This document shows positions 44,376 to 60,559 of a stretch of 64,000 bases of DNA, piece by piece (the stretch's first letter is position 1; each line of letters starts with the position of its first letter). Source of the stretch: Eledone cirrhosa (lineage: Eukaryota). The stretch spans positions 268,460,001 through 268,524,000 of the forward strand of contig OZ024742.1 of assembly GCA_964016885.1 (NCBI GenBank), given 5' to 3'. Below the pieces are notes generated by a model that did no database searches, had not been told where the DNA came from, and saw only the letters and a list, made by a program, of their open reading frames with translations. Made by a program: the position numbers and the translations under genes.

Positions 44376-44377
<2 letters not shown>
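43189..44377. repeat. ~635-bp tandem repeat, ~1.9 copies, between (TA)n tracts
   Basis: gtgatcttcc at 43250/43885 and agtgactgtt at 43731/44367. Confidence 0.85.
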
Positions 44378-44399
<22 letters not shown>

Positions 44400-44410
<11 letters not shown>

Positions 44411-44493
44411 AGTAATAATAATAAATTTGAAGACTAAAATCCAAAGAGGGCTCGATAATGATGAATATATATCAAATATATAAGAACCGTAGA

Positions 44494-44537
<44 letters not shown>

Positions 44538-44829
44538 TATTAGTACAAATTAAGGTTTAAGCAAAGAATCGGAGCTTCCACCTTCTGAAACTAGAAAAAT
44601 CAAACTGTAGGCGCATAAATAAATAATTAAAAAAATATGCATAAAAAGTCGATATGTTGTATCGTGAAGACATTTTCTGGCGATGGAAAAAATCTATGCA
44701 AGGATAATTACATCATTGCGTAGAGCTAGAACAACAATTTCTTACAAAGAAAAAAGCATATTTGCTATAGAAAAAAAATCATTACACTAACAAGCAGAAA
44801 AACCGCCACTTGGGCGGTTTTCTGGTAGT
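44400..44829 (+). mobile_element. Non-autonomous Helitron-like element ending in a palindrome
   Basis: Homologous to 12560-12940 and ends cagaaaaaccgcc-acttg-ggcggtttttctg-gtagt. Confidence 0.55.
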
Positions 44830-45737
44830 ATATATAGTATGCATATATATACGCAAATATATATGCACATACATATTATACGTAAATGGACAATATGCAC
44901 ATAAACGGAACAAAGACTTTGGTACTCTTACTACTGTAATCAGTAAAGTAATCCAGAATACATAAAAAAAGGCGATAATGAAGATGGAAAAGCGATGAAA
45001 TTATTTACGGAAAATGTTCATGAATGTTCACTTGAAAATGTCGATAGGAAGCTTCAGGCATTGAATTTGAAAATAGATGCTGCTGGTATGAATGAATTAC
45101 ATTTACCAATATGAAGAGTTGACCTGTTGTTTTACTGTATTCAAATACAAATTTCTTAATTTTTTGTTGTGTCACTTTTCTAGTAATGAAATAGAAACTG
45201 AAATGCATTTCAACTAAAAGCGAGTGATTGCTGTTTCACATCACTGTAGAATTTCTTTGTAGACACAGTTGTCCACAAACAGATCCGTTTCATTTATTAT
45301 TTTTATGTTTTCTTTTTTTATAATGCAACATATATCTGACCATGTGAGAAGAATTGTGTTGGTAGATATACACCTATCTTTTCCAATGTCTGCCCTTGTG
45401 CCTTGTTGCATGTAAGGGTAAAGGCTGGTTTGACAGGAAATTGCTTGCGAGTAAAGGTGAAAGGGAACTCAAGCTTATGAGATACATGTGGTATCCTTGG
45501 GATCAGCAATCTTGTTCCAGCTTTGGGACCCAATGCCACTTCAGCTTCAATTACATGATTATGTAAACTGTGGATGATCTAGCGTGTACCATTGCAATGC
45601 CCATTTAGAGCATCCATATGTCCCAGAAGCATGATACAACTGCCTTTCTTCAGTTTAAGTATGTCTGTTGGGAACCCTGATGGAGTAAGTTTGTTGATGA
45701 ACTCAATTAATTATTGCAGTTCATTATCTATTGTATC

Positions 45738-45918
45738 GGTGGATTGGCAATATCGGTGCAGGGTCGGACGCCATGCTTTCCAGCATAGTTAAGTCCCTTT
45801 ACGATCTGAGTTCAAATCCCGCCGAGGTTGACTTTGCCTTTCATCCTTACGGGGTCGATAAAATAAAGTACCAGTAATGCACTGGATAATTGCTGGCCTT
45901 GTGCCTAAAGTAGAAGCA
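45738..45918 (+). mobile_element. SINE (copy 1 of tandem pair) within the Helitron helicase
   Basis: Same family as 29548-29722, flanked by attatctattgtatc. Confidence 0.85.
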
Positions 45919-45937
45919 ATTATCTATTGTATCAGAG

Positions 45938-46117
45938 AGGAATTGGCAGTATCGGTAGAGAGACGGACGCCATGCTTTCTAGCATAGTTACGTCCCTTTA
46001 CAGTCTGAGTTCAACTCCCGCCGAGGTTAACTTTGCCTTTCATCCTTACGGGGTCGATAACATAAAGTACCAGTAATGTACTGGGTAATTGCTGGCCTTG
46101 TGCGTAAAGTAGAAACA
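45938..46117 (+). mobile_element. SINE (copy 2 of tandem pair)
   Basis: Flanked by attatctattgtatcagag at 45919 and 46118. Confidence 0.85.
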
Positions 46118-49100
46118 ATTATCTATTGTATCAGAGCTTCTGTAGATTATTTCATGACCAGGGAACTTGTTGACCATGAACTCATTCACCAATCTTGCTG
46201 CATCATTTGTTGGAATGTTAATGGCTCTATTTGGAACCAATAGTGTGTTTGTGTAGTTTTCTGGAAGATTTGTATACACAAAATCACACAGTCCAGACAC
46301 ATTACCATATTACAGACAAAGTTCATTTGGCAGAAGAATTGTGAATGCACCTACAGTTGGAACAGTTGGAACGTTACCATATCCCACATCAAGAAGGTAG
46401 TTTGCAAACTTTCATCAGAATCCTCTGCATTAATTAATCGTTGATTAGTTGCCATCTCCATGGTTCCCACATAGTCATCCCAGAGATAGGATATCTTGAT
46501 GGTTGTCTCCATTAATTGTGGTCTAGCACCATGACGTACCATTGGAGGAATTTTCTTCCAGTTACCAGATATTAATACTGTTAGACCACCAAATGGCTTT
46601 TTGCAATCTCGAACATCTTTGAAGCTCCTGTCAAGGCATTCAAATGATATGCTTATGTCCCATACCTATCTCATCAATGATTATCAGGTAAGCTTGATGC
46701 ATAGTTTTACCTGTGGCATCCCTCTTTGTGAAGAAGCAAGTTTATTCTGCAGTTAATTGAGAGGAGTCTTGCACTTGGAATCAATAGTTCTACCCTTATG
46801 AAGCAAAGTGGCTGCTATTCCATATATGGCAGTGGCAAGTGCAATTTTGTTTTTAGATCGGAGGTAATCCAATAGGATGTTTATGAAATAGGTCTTTCTT
46901 GTGACTTGCATTCAAGCACAAAATCTCCCTTCATTTTTATTTACAGAGGTGATTACGTTGTGAAAAATAACCAGTTGCTCTGGATTCAATGTTCATTTAT
47001 GTTTGCTTGCAGTTTGTGTGTATTGAAATCAGTTTCTGCCATAAGAATCCTGTTGATCACTGGTATGGCAACAATAGTTGGGTCTGGCCGAGGAAATCCA
47101 TAGTTGGCATGAATGTCCAAGCCATCATGTAGAAGTGTTTTTTGGTTCTTCTGTAGAACAATCAGCACGGTTTTCATGAACATGACTTGCTCATGATTTC
47201 ATGCATGATATCCTCTGCAAGACAATTCTTCCATTTCTCGCAGAGCGTTGTTTGGCATGCAGTACAATAAAATGGGCTAGAAGTCTCTTGCAGCAGAGGA
47301 CCAATCGTAATGGATGAGGCCTCTTCCATAGCTTTGTCTTTTTCCTCATCTTCATCCAACAGACCAAGCTTCCTGCATGCTTCTTGGAATGCTGGAAATT
47401 CAACTCCTTCAATTATTCTCAAATCTTTGTATGAAGCTGACACAGCCTTGAGATGTAGGATCATCCTGAGATAATATAATTCAGATTGATGTCTAATGAG
47501 AGATACTGTTGGAATGCATCCAATAGATTCCCTCATAAATTGTTGATCACCATCCAGATGTCCTTTCTTTCTTCTTTGCCACTTTTTTTTTCAAAGTGGA
47601 ACATTTAGGAATATCAATATACAATATTGTTTTGTGCCAGTGGGTCTCTAATATTCAGTTGGAAATATTCCGTCAACTTAGTCATTGACTGTATCCTAGA
47701 AACAACACTTTCTTCCAGCCCTCGCTCATACACAACCGTTTGTTCTCCAGGTAAATGGAAAGGAAACTTTTACACTGGCGGTTTTCGATGATGTAATGGA
47801 AATTTATAGATTCTCCAGAATGCTTCACTGGCTGATATTACCGTGCATTGATATAGGTCTCAATCTCATTTGGGGCATGGACACAATTTCCTTGATCATC
47901 CTTAATAGTGAAAGTGATCTTGTCTGATCCTTTTGTGATGTACTTATATAAATACTTAACAGCCCTGACATTGTGGACAGCCTCACAATTGATGTGGCAC
48001 TGAAATCTCGATGAGAGGAAAGGGTTGTCCAACGATTATCAACAGGAAATTCTTGGCATTTAAGTTGAAATTGTATAGGTATGACCACCATGCTGTATAT
48101 CCTTCTTCTATACTCCCGAAAGGAATTTTCAGCAACAAATGTGGTTTGTCTGAATGCCTTGGGATAACATTTTGAGCAATGGCGTTGTTATCCTAGACCT
48201 TCCATACATGAGCACATCATATTAGCTTGTCCATATGAGTCATGAGTGTTGCAGGATGTGATGATCTTATCCAGAATTGGATTGGTTTCTTTATCAGGAA
48301 TCTCGCAGTACACTACCTGATCAATAGCATCAGCAGTTTTGGGCTTGCTCTCTTCAGCCATTAACAGCACAATATGAGCATGAGTGAGGGCTCGTTTCTG
48401 CGACTCTATTATAGCATAATAAGCCACAACGTTTCCTAGTAGATTTTTCTGTTTCAGTATGTCATGCATGAGGCTGTCATACTTGATCTTGAAGACTCTT
48501 GCACAAATAACAGGACGGTCTCCAGGTTCTTCACGAAGGTGCAAAGTATTTTTTATTTTATCCCAGTTAAGATTAGGGGTAGGGTACATTCCTCCAAGGA
48601 AACAGTATCGCATAATGTAGAGGATCATAATCACGGTGCATCTCATGGATCCTCTGCAGAACACTATCTCTTTTATGAATGATGACATCCAAAAGACCTA
48701 ATGCTGTATCAGGTTCAATAACAGCAATCTCAGATGCCATGGGAAGATCATATGTGCGACTAAGAAAATCAGTGGCTTTTAATTTGTCAGCATGTAGGAC
48801 AATATTAACATTGTGAGAGACTGGCATTTCAATGACTGCGTTGAAACTTCTTATATAGGTGTTACAATAGTGCAAGTATTGTTGCACTACCTGCAGGACA
48901 GCAGCATCAAAATTAGCATGATGCAAGCGATTCTGAAGCTCGTGATCGGTATCATAGAAGTAAAGCTGCGCAAACCTGGGTGACGTATCACTTGGAAGTA
49001 GTGATCCAATAATATGACAAATCTTACCTTGGATCTTAAATGGGGGGCTAAATACTGGTGCTTTAATCTCTTTGCAGCCAATTGAAGCTGAGGCAAGCAC

Positions 49101-49846
49101 ATTGATATATGCACGTATCTTATGGACAAAATAATTTCATGCTTGAGAGATATCGAAATATTTGAATCTTTTAAAAGAGGTGAATCTTAAAATATGCAAT
49201 AATATTTTTAATATATGTTTAATCATGTGTTACGAAATTTAGTAGATAAATTATGTAATATTCATTCATTATTTATTCAAAATAATCCAACTTATTTTAC
49301 ATACGGGATAAACATTTATATTCTGGATGTAGGCCCGCACTCTTATTATAGTTAAGATATTCAATTTAGGACATCCGAATGGTTTCCAACTACGAATTTT
49401 GATAATGATATAAAGAAAAGTAGTAGCCGAAAATGACTGAAGTAATAATAGTGATGTGACCATTACAATTACTTTCGTAGTATTTAGGCTCATTTATAGT
49501 ACGCACTGCTCCATGCAAAAGCATGCGCAAACGAGGATATATTACATAAAACTGTGTACACATAGACTCGTGTGCATGTGTACATGTACACATGTAATCG
49601 CGAATGAGTTTGTATGTGCTTGTTTAAATGTATGCATACATATAAATATACTCGCACCTATATGCTTCTAAAATACACACACACGTTTATATCGGTATGC
49701 ACATATGCATAGATATTCAGGATGTGCATGCACAGGCACGTATTTGTGCACACACTCTGTATATTAACACATACATATACATGCATATATATATATATAT
49801 ACATAAACACACATAAACACCCACACACGCACACACACACACACAA

Positions 49847-49932
<86 letters not shown>

Positions 49933-50321
49933 TTGTATATATATATATATAATTTATCACTCCGATCCCAGGAAGAGCGATCAAACCTGTTGATAAACTG
50001 AATCCTACGTTCGATCACCAATACCATGAGCTTGCCTTTCAAGTAAGTCTGATATTTGATTTCGGAATCAAAGAAACACTTTGAACGACTGTTCGTTTAA
50101 TTTGTCCAGGTGTACTTTTCTCAACCTGATTAGTTCTATCGTTGCTTTGGTATATATTGTGTGATAGTTTAGCCTACCACAATGTTCGATTTGTCAAGCT
50201 ATTTAAACGTATGTTATTACTCTAAGGCCCTATCTTATCGAGTGCTTTGTTAACTCATCACTTCATATAAGTCGGCCGAATTCACTTGCAAACCGCCAGA
50301 GATTCGATTTAACTGATTTCC

Positions 50322-50378
<57 letters not shown>

Positions 50379-50445
50379 CGTATACGTACATACACACACA
50401 GGCACACATACACGCACACATACCTATATATAAATAATTATTATT

Positions 50446-50497
<52 letters not shown>

Positions 50498-50953
50498 CAC
50501 GCATACACATATATACGTATACATACACACACACATATACACGGTGATATACACATACATAAGGATAAGATATGCATACATTTACACTAATAAAGCTGAC
50601 GGCCGTATATATGTAACAAACATTTCGCCAAACTGCTGAAAGAAACGGCACCAAATTTACACCTTAGAAGAAACTTTTTTCCAAGTAAGAAAGTGAGGGT
50701 ACTTGTGGCTATTCAATTTTGTTAAATGATTAAAGATATTATTTAAATATTCCCTTTTTTTAATTTTTCAAATATCAACACTTCCGGTTATACGACATTC
50801 CTCTCCCTTTCTTAGTCTGTCTTTTTAGATAGACACATCGCTATAACGTCGCGCCCTTATAATATGTCTCTGTATGTCTTGCTGTCTGACTTTTGAAAAC
50901 CATTCATTGTCTTCGCTATCTGTGTTTGTATGTATATGCATACATAGTGCGTT

Positions 50954-51099
<146 letters not shown>

Positions 51100-51330
51100 T
51101 AAATATATATATATATATATAGTGTATATATATATTTAATACAATAACAGAGATAGCTTAACGCTAAACTCCGACTGGCAACCATCTCACTCAACAAACA
51201 TTAGGTTATATGTTAGTATAAACCAATTTAAGTGTTTGGGGTGCTAACTATATGTATTTTGTGGAAAGCCAGTTTTATTTTTTTATGAGATATAAATAAG
51301 GTTAAAATATATCTTTCTTTCCAAACAATT

Positions 51331-51411
<81 letters not shown>

Positions 51412-53366
51412 TTAGTATCATAAATAAGAGACAGATTTGTGCATTTTATTACACCATGCTTTTATACGTATATATATGTACATACATACATAAACAAGTT
51501 ATTCACAGTTGTATTAAAAAGAAGTATAATTGTTTCTACTTTTGGCACAAGGCCAGCAATTATACCAGTACATTACCGGTACTTTATTACATATAATATA
51601 TATAATACGACATTCCTCTCTCTTTCTTACTCTATCTTTTTAGATAGATACATAGCTATAATGTCGTGCGCTTATAATATATGTCTGTATGTCTGCCTAT
51701 CCGCATTGACATCGCTTCTAACCAACTTTTAATTAATGATATATATATATAATTATATATTCGTGTACATATTTTCAACAGTAACACTATAATATACTAT
51801 ATATTTTCAACCGTAATACTATACTATATGTTTTCAAAGGTTATACTATACTATATGTTTTTAACAGTTATTGCAATAATCATCAACCGCTTATAAATTT
51901 GACAACGGTTATCTCTTTATGTCGAGGGGAAGTCGATTCCATGAGGCCCATTGTTTATGTTAATAACTAATAACAAGATATCACATGATTAGTTAATTTA
52001 TCTAACACTACCAATTAATCATTTTATCATTAATAAATAATTATACTACTAGGATTGATTCCTTCACTAATCCGACTAATTTATTAAATGAACATGTCTT
52101 ATTTAACGAACAGGACTAATTTATAATGCTAACAAGATTTATTAATTAGACTAACGCTACTAATTAAATAAATCTACACAATTAATCAATTACACGAACA
52201 TGATAATTAATAAAACTAACACCATTAATCAATTAAATCAATGCAATTAATCAATTAAATTAACGCGATTGATCGATTGACATATGAAATAAAATAAATT
52301 GACAATTAGTTAAACTAACATGATAAATAATTGGTTTAAATTGAATGTAATTAGACTAATTAATCGAACTCACTTAAACGATTATTTAGATCGGCCTAAT
52401 TAAGTAATGGCAATACGCACAAAAAAACCCAGGAGTGTGTCAAACCAACACACGCACACATCGACAGAACTATACACACAGATAGACCGAACTAAACACA
52501 TATCACGGACGCGCTGACAACTATAAATGTTATGTCCTCAACGACGTATATATACACAATGACAATAAAACTATCTAATTCGTTAGTGTTCCGCCTATCA
52601 AACCTTGTTTTCACCCGTCCTAGCATTCTCTCTCAGTGAGATACGCACATATACACTCACTCTCTTTATATTCGACTGCCAGCAAACAAAATTATGTTTC
52701 TCTGAACTACTGTTGACCACTTCACAAATTCTTTCTTCTTCACAACTCCCAGCCGAGTTTCTGAAGTTTACAACTTGACCTTCGGATTGCAGAATCTTGA
52801 TATCTCTCTCTCATACCATTTGGTATATAGACACACAGACACACACATGCACACACACAGAAACATACACACACACATATACACACTCATACACACACAC
52901 TCACATGAAGACAGACTTACACGCTGATAAACACACCGTCACATATAAAGAATATTAACTCTGTAGATTCAATCAATGATAACACCCACAAAAACATTCA
53001 TATACACATACACATATTCCTACATAAAGGCACAAACAATATGCAGACACACAAGTACACGTACACACACGCAGATACTGAACAAGTAAAACAACGAAAA
53101 TCACACTAACGGAATGCACACGCATTTCAGTACCAATGAAGAAACAGACTTTCCACTTCACCCCACAGTAAAACGCCTGCCCATCTAAACCATCATGATA
53201 AAACATTATTCTTCTTACATCTTCACAACTTCCCAACTCTTCAATTTCCGTAATTTGCTCGCTCCCGGTGAAGGCCTAACATCCGATAATTTCAAACATA
53301 GTTTTTCCCTTTACAACAAGCATTGAATTAATAAAGCTTTGTTATTGTATATTCATATTTATTCTG

Positions 53367-53404
<38 letters not shown>

Positions 53405-53442
53405 TTGCGAGGTTTTTTATATGAAATCGTATGTCGAAACAA

Positions 53443-55301
<1,859 letters not shown>

Positions 55302-55341
55302 TAGACACACACATATATATACATATATATATATATATATG

Positions 55342-55378
<37 letters not shown>

Positions 55379-55454
55379 CGAAGGAAATGTGGTAAGGAAC
55401 CAGGTGGACCATAACGCACCAAAATACTCAATACTAAGGGTAGTAGAGTGGGTA

Positions 55455-55576
55455 ATAGGAACGAGTAGGACCCCGACGGCTGAGCTCAAGCCGTTTCGAC
55501 AGCTAATTCTGGACTAAATTAGTACAGAATTAGCCGTCGAAACGGCTTGAGCTCAGCCGTCGGGGTCCTATTCGTT

Positions 55577-55581
<5 letters not shown>
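55455..55581. repeat. ~125-bp palindrome related to the 4390/8020 element
   Basis: taggaacga.taggaccccgacggctgagctcaagccgtttcgac is mirrored. It shares gtcgaaa.ggc..gagctcagccg..gggtcct with approx. 4478-4510. Confidence 0.8.
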
Positions 55582-55614
<33 letters not shown>

Positions 55615-56125
55615 TATATATATATTTGTGTGTGTGTGTGTGTGTGTGTGTGTTTGTGATGGTAGCTAAGATGCTTCCATAGGCGGTATGCCGGTTGAGC
55701 ACTCTATGTTCATACAGAGCAGAGTATGATATAATATAAAACGAAAAATCAGTAATGCATCTGAACTCAATTTATTGTGTGTTACAATTGTTTCTCCGGC
55801 GGACAGCTCGAGACACGATCATTGTGTGGATAATTATCTTATATAATTTCATAATTCTTGCTCCCAAACATCTCGCATTAAAAAAATATTTCCTCTAATT
55901 TTACACATCAAGAGTTCATTCTTTCGTAATTACTAATTTATATTGAGGAAGCGATTTGTACTTAAGCACACAACACGCAACGCACACACAACACACATGT
56001 ATATATTTGTGTGTATGTTTGCGTGAGTGTATACCGTTACCTGAATGTGAATTAGTAATTACAAAAGAATGAGCCCTGGGTGTGAAAACCTTTACAAAAC
56101 ATGATTTTAATGAATGGCTATTACA

Positions 56126-56395
56126 ATGGAGGCGTTTGAACTAGTGGTAAGTGTGTACGATTTGCGATCATAATTTCTTGGTTGCCATTCCTGGACTAGG
56201 TTGTGTTTTGGGACCTTGAGCAAAACACTTTATTCCACTTTGCTCCAGTATATTCAACTGAAAATATGTACCAGTAATATTTTGGGGTTTAATCTGACGA
56301 TGGACTCGCGTATTGTCAAGTACTCAGTTGATTTGTACAACGAAAACCAGAATAACCACCGGCTAGATGAGCCTCCGGGCGTGAGAGAGATTATA
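56126..56395 (+). mobile_element. Decayed tRNA-derived CORE-type SINE
   Basis: A-box-like tagtggtaag and a CORE-like gaccttgagcaaaacactttattccactttgctccagt. Confidence 0.6.
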
Positions 56396-59300
56396 ATCTT
56401 TTGTGAGGCATCTATATTCATAAATATATATTTCTTTAGACCATATTTAATTCGCAAGTTATTAGATGGTGTAATCGATGACAAATTTCCATGCAAATAT
56501 ATATATGATACTTTCATATGGTATTATTTGTTTTTGTACTTTCAGATGATTAAGCAAATTCGTTTCTGGTTGAATTTCAAAGTGGAATGTACGTTAATGT
56601 GACTAAACACGCCATATCTTCCTGTCTGCTCAACCAGCATGACTACCAACATTAATACGAATAATGATGTGAAATGTAAAATCAAGATAGTCTACGAGCA
56701 GTACCTTTTCATATGTATGTAAGCAATCGAAGGGGAAATTTGGTTATGTAAATAATTATTTTTGTTATATAAGTTATGACATCAAACCCATCCGTCTCTG
56801 TATCTTAATCACTGAAGAAAGCTCTGAAGTAGAAAGTATCCTCTTTCTTTGTTCTATGAAATATGCCGGGGACCAACAGGTGGTTGTGTTGCTGGTGCAA
56901 AGTGGGGAACGACAGAATTCTAGAAAGATAGACCTGCATCGAGAGTGCTGATAGATGAAGAGGCATAAGGACAGAAACCAATACACAATGAACATTTTTT
57001 ATAAACGGATCAATGCATAAGCATATACAAAACATTTAATACCAAGTACATGTCAAGCAATCCTTTTACATCAATAACTAACCGCCACATCTCTCAATCA
57101 CTCGTGTTTAGTTTAATGAGGAACTGATACATTTATAAATTTATAATCAATAATTAAAGACAAAGTTAGCATGGTACCGGCCCATATATCTTTAATTACT
57201 GAGCAACTTGCCCAGAACGAATCCAGGAAAACTAACACCGTTTTGACCTTCTAGAATAGCAGCCATATCTCACTCAGAGCTCACTATAGTATATTAAATG
57301 TACTGCTAGATAAAATATGTCCAGAAAAATTAGGGGTCCCGGCAGCATCAATTTTGTTCATTGGTCGGCTGAATTACGGTTGCTCATATAGTTAAACAGC
57401 AGCCTGGGGCATAGTTAATATAATATGATCAATTTTCAGAATATAATGTTGCATACTAACAATGCAATCAATAAATAAATTGTTATCTCCTCCTGAGTTA
57501 TATGAAACTTTCGAAATCGATTCGCAGAGGCAGATATATTTACCATGCTAAACAATGTACTTTGAAATATTCATTTGTGTCTGTTTATGCTTTGGGTAAA
57601 AATACCACGCAGGTTCACTTTCCTTTTCATTCTTCCGATGAATTTAAATTAGACAGCGGATTCTTCCTGCAAACATTGCTGGAGCTTCTAAAACATATTT
57701 TGTTTTAACGCATCTCATTAAGACATAGAAAAAAATTAATATCTATATATGTTTTTCGAATTTGTGATTTAATATACCTCTGATAGAGCATGTGACCTTG
57801 ACATCTCATGCGTCCGACAATGTATGCATTGGGATGCACATACTTGAATACGACGATCATACCAATCTTTCTTCCCTCATTATCTCTCATCATCTCCATA
57901 AGTTAGTAATCACTGTCATCAATTGATAGGATTTTGTTAGGAAAACGGTATTCCGGAATTATAATGCGAAACATGACAATCACATCTTCCAGTGTTTATT
58001 ATATTATTATATAACTTCGTGTATAGCTTTTATATTCAAGGTTCAAAATAATAAATGCTATTCAAATAATGTGATTGTTTTATCATCATCCAGACATTTC
58101 ATCATGTGAAAGCTTGCGTAAAGACAAAAATCAGTATGGTACTATTATTTTCTAAAATCATTGATTGGCAGAAAGGGAAACATTTGTAGTATATATGTCA
58201 AAGTTAGAAATCCCTGGTCAAAAATGTCACTGTTTTATGCGGACTGCACACAAACGAATTATCAGTGAATGTGCTATGATCATTATGTTTAACGAAGCCC
58301 CACCACCCATACTATTGCGTTATTCCCATGGATGTATCTGCGATCATTAATCAGAACATTCGGATCAAGATTATCTGCCTTTTCCTCATACTCTTTAGGA
58401 ATCAAAGTCTTCAGGCCGATCAGCCCCTCCCTCAAACACATACAGATACCTATTACAACGCACACACATGCCCCGACACTGTTTTAGAAGACAGGTACAT
58501 CCACACTTGCAAACACATACAAAATTACGCAGAAACTCACTAATGTACATAGAAACACACACAAGCACATAGAAATATACACAGATAAACATATATTTCC
58601 TGTCTACCTTTCGCTTACATTCGTGAAACGTCACGAAGCCCATTCCATATATATTCCTTCTTATCATAGCTGATGTGCAATATTGCATTCTCGCTACCCA
58701 CAGAATAATATTATGAAGGTATAAAATCTTGCAAAGTCACAGATTACATGGACAGGAACTCAGCAGAGGTATAACAATTCAATATAGATATTGAACTCCT
58801 TAAACTTATATTTGTCCTGAATATCCAGGATAAATACATTTACTCAAACTGTAGAATAACATAATCGAAATATTCCCCATTTGCAAATAATCTTCATATC
58901 TCATTATCATTTATTTGCTCACTTAAACTTTCAAAATGGCCTGAACAGAACACGTCGGGAATTTACTACCTTTACACTCAGAGCACACAATGGATTAGGC
59001 AAAAATGTGATGCTCTGTAACTAAATTTTCGAGGAAATTTCATTTTATTTATGCATATTATTGCTTTGGGAAATATATATTCCCCAAAACATATATTTGC
59101 ACATATTTTACATCCGAGAAACCTTTGAAGAGTTTATATAAAACGACAGATCAGGAAAGATCAAACATTTGACATTATTTATTGCATTAGTTGTGTCAGA
59201 TGAAATGAAAACAATTATTTTTGTATACATGTTAGAAAACACAAAAATAAGTAGCACTCATGGAAATTGCTGACAATGGAGATTAACTGCATTGACATCT

Positions 59301-59873
59301 AGTAAGAGCATGTAGATATCATCTAAATAAGTATAAATAAATATGAGTGGTACCAACAGCATTCCCCAAACACAATTTTCCTTTGCTTTCTGAGAGCTTA
59401 GCTATGCATCAATGGGGTACGTTTGGATGGTTTCAATTTAGAGTAAACTCTATTTATTATAGATTCTACTAACCATAAACATTAACAAATACAATTTGAC
59501 GAATAACATCATATAAAATGAGGAATATACGCAAATAAACACTCGCTACTACTATTCGTTCTCCTAAACAGTTAACATGCCAATAGGCTATGTTCGAAAA
59601 TAATATATTATTTCAAAGACATGAAAGCACAGCGAGGAATTAATTGTATATTGATGTGACATTGAAAAGGTAAGACCAGAGAAGAAAGAAACCTTTTCCC
59701 CACCTTACACCGTTGAAGTACGATTCACAAAACACATAAAAGTATATTATAAGAACATGCATATATGCATGTGTGCATATGTGTCTTTCATTATGCACAG
59801 TGTAATTACATATTAGCCATTATTGATGTTTATATACACATGTTTACGCATATACACACGCATACACAGAAAC

Positions 59874-59949
<76 letters not shown>

Positions 59950-60399
59950 ATGCATACATTCATGTCATTTGTATCAACAGGAATTAATGAGTGTACATAT
60001 AATTATGCAGAAATAGGTAGGTGTATATGAAGTTATATCGAGCTCTGATGTGAGTGAATATATGAGTGCGTATGTGTTGAGTATTATATCTATCTATAAT
60101 ATATATTCTATACAACAATCACGTACATACAATCTGAAGCCATGTTGTATTATGCTGTTTGCAATATATGTACTTCATTAAAGTACGTTTCAAAAGATTA
60201 CAACGTAGTTCAACTTTGAAACCTGTCAAGACCTGATCCTCTGATCCTCTTTTATCTGCGTGTATGAATATGTTGTGCATAAAGAAGAGCTTTTGAATTT
60301 TACTTTCATTGATTCTCATTTTCTCTCTCTTTATTATGGGTTTTGGAGGCTTAAAGACTAACGAAAACACGTATATTGTACAGCACAGTCTACCTGCTC

Positions 60400-60467
<68 letters not shown>

Positions 60468-60559
60468 AGTGTGTGTGTGTGTGTGTGTGTGTTTATATAT
60501 ATATAACTGCATTACGTATATATATATATGTATGTGTGTGTACTTAGTCCGAAAATTGT

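Larger units (their letters stand above)
45240..49357 (-). pseudogene. Helitron Rep/Pif1-helicase (RepHel) remnant
   Basis: FKIQG..H.IGSL..RFAQLYFYD, ESQKRALTHAHI (HUH), CHINCE..VKYLYKYITKG, YYLRMIL.H and FTRKQFPVKPAF.LT.NKAQGQT..FSHGQIYVAL. 5' A|TC terminus at 49357. Many stops. Confidence 0.92.
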
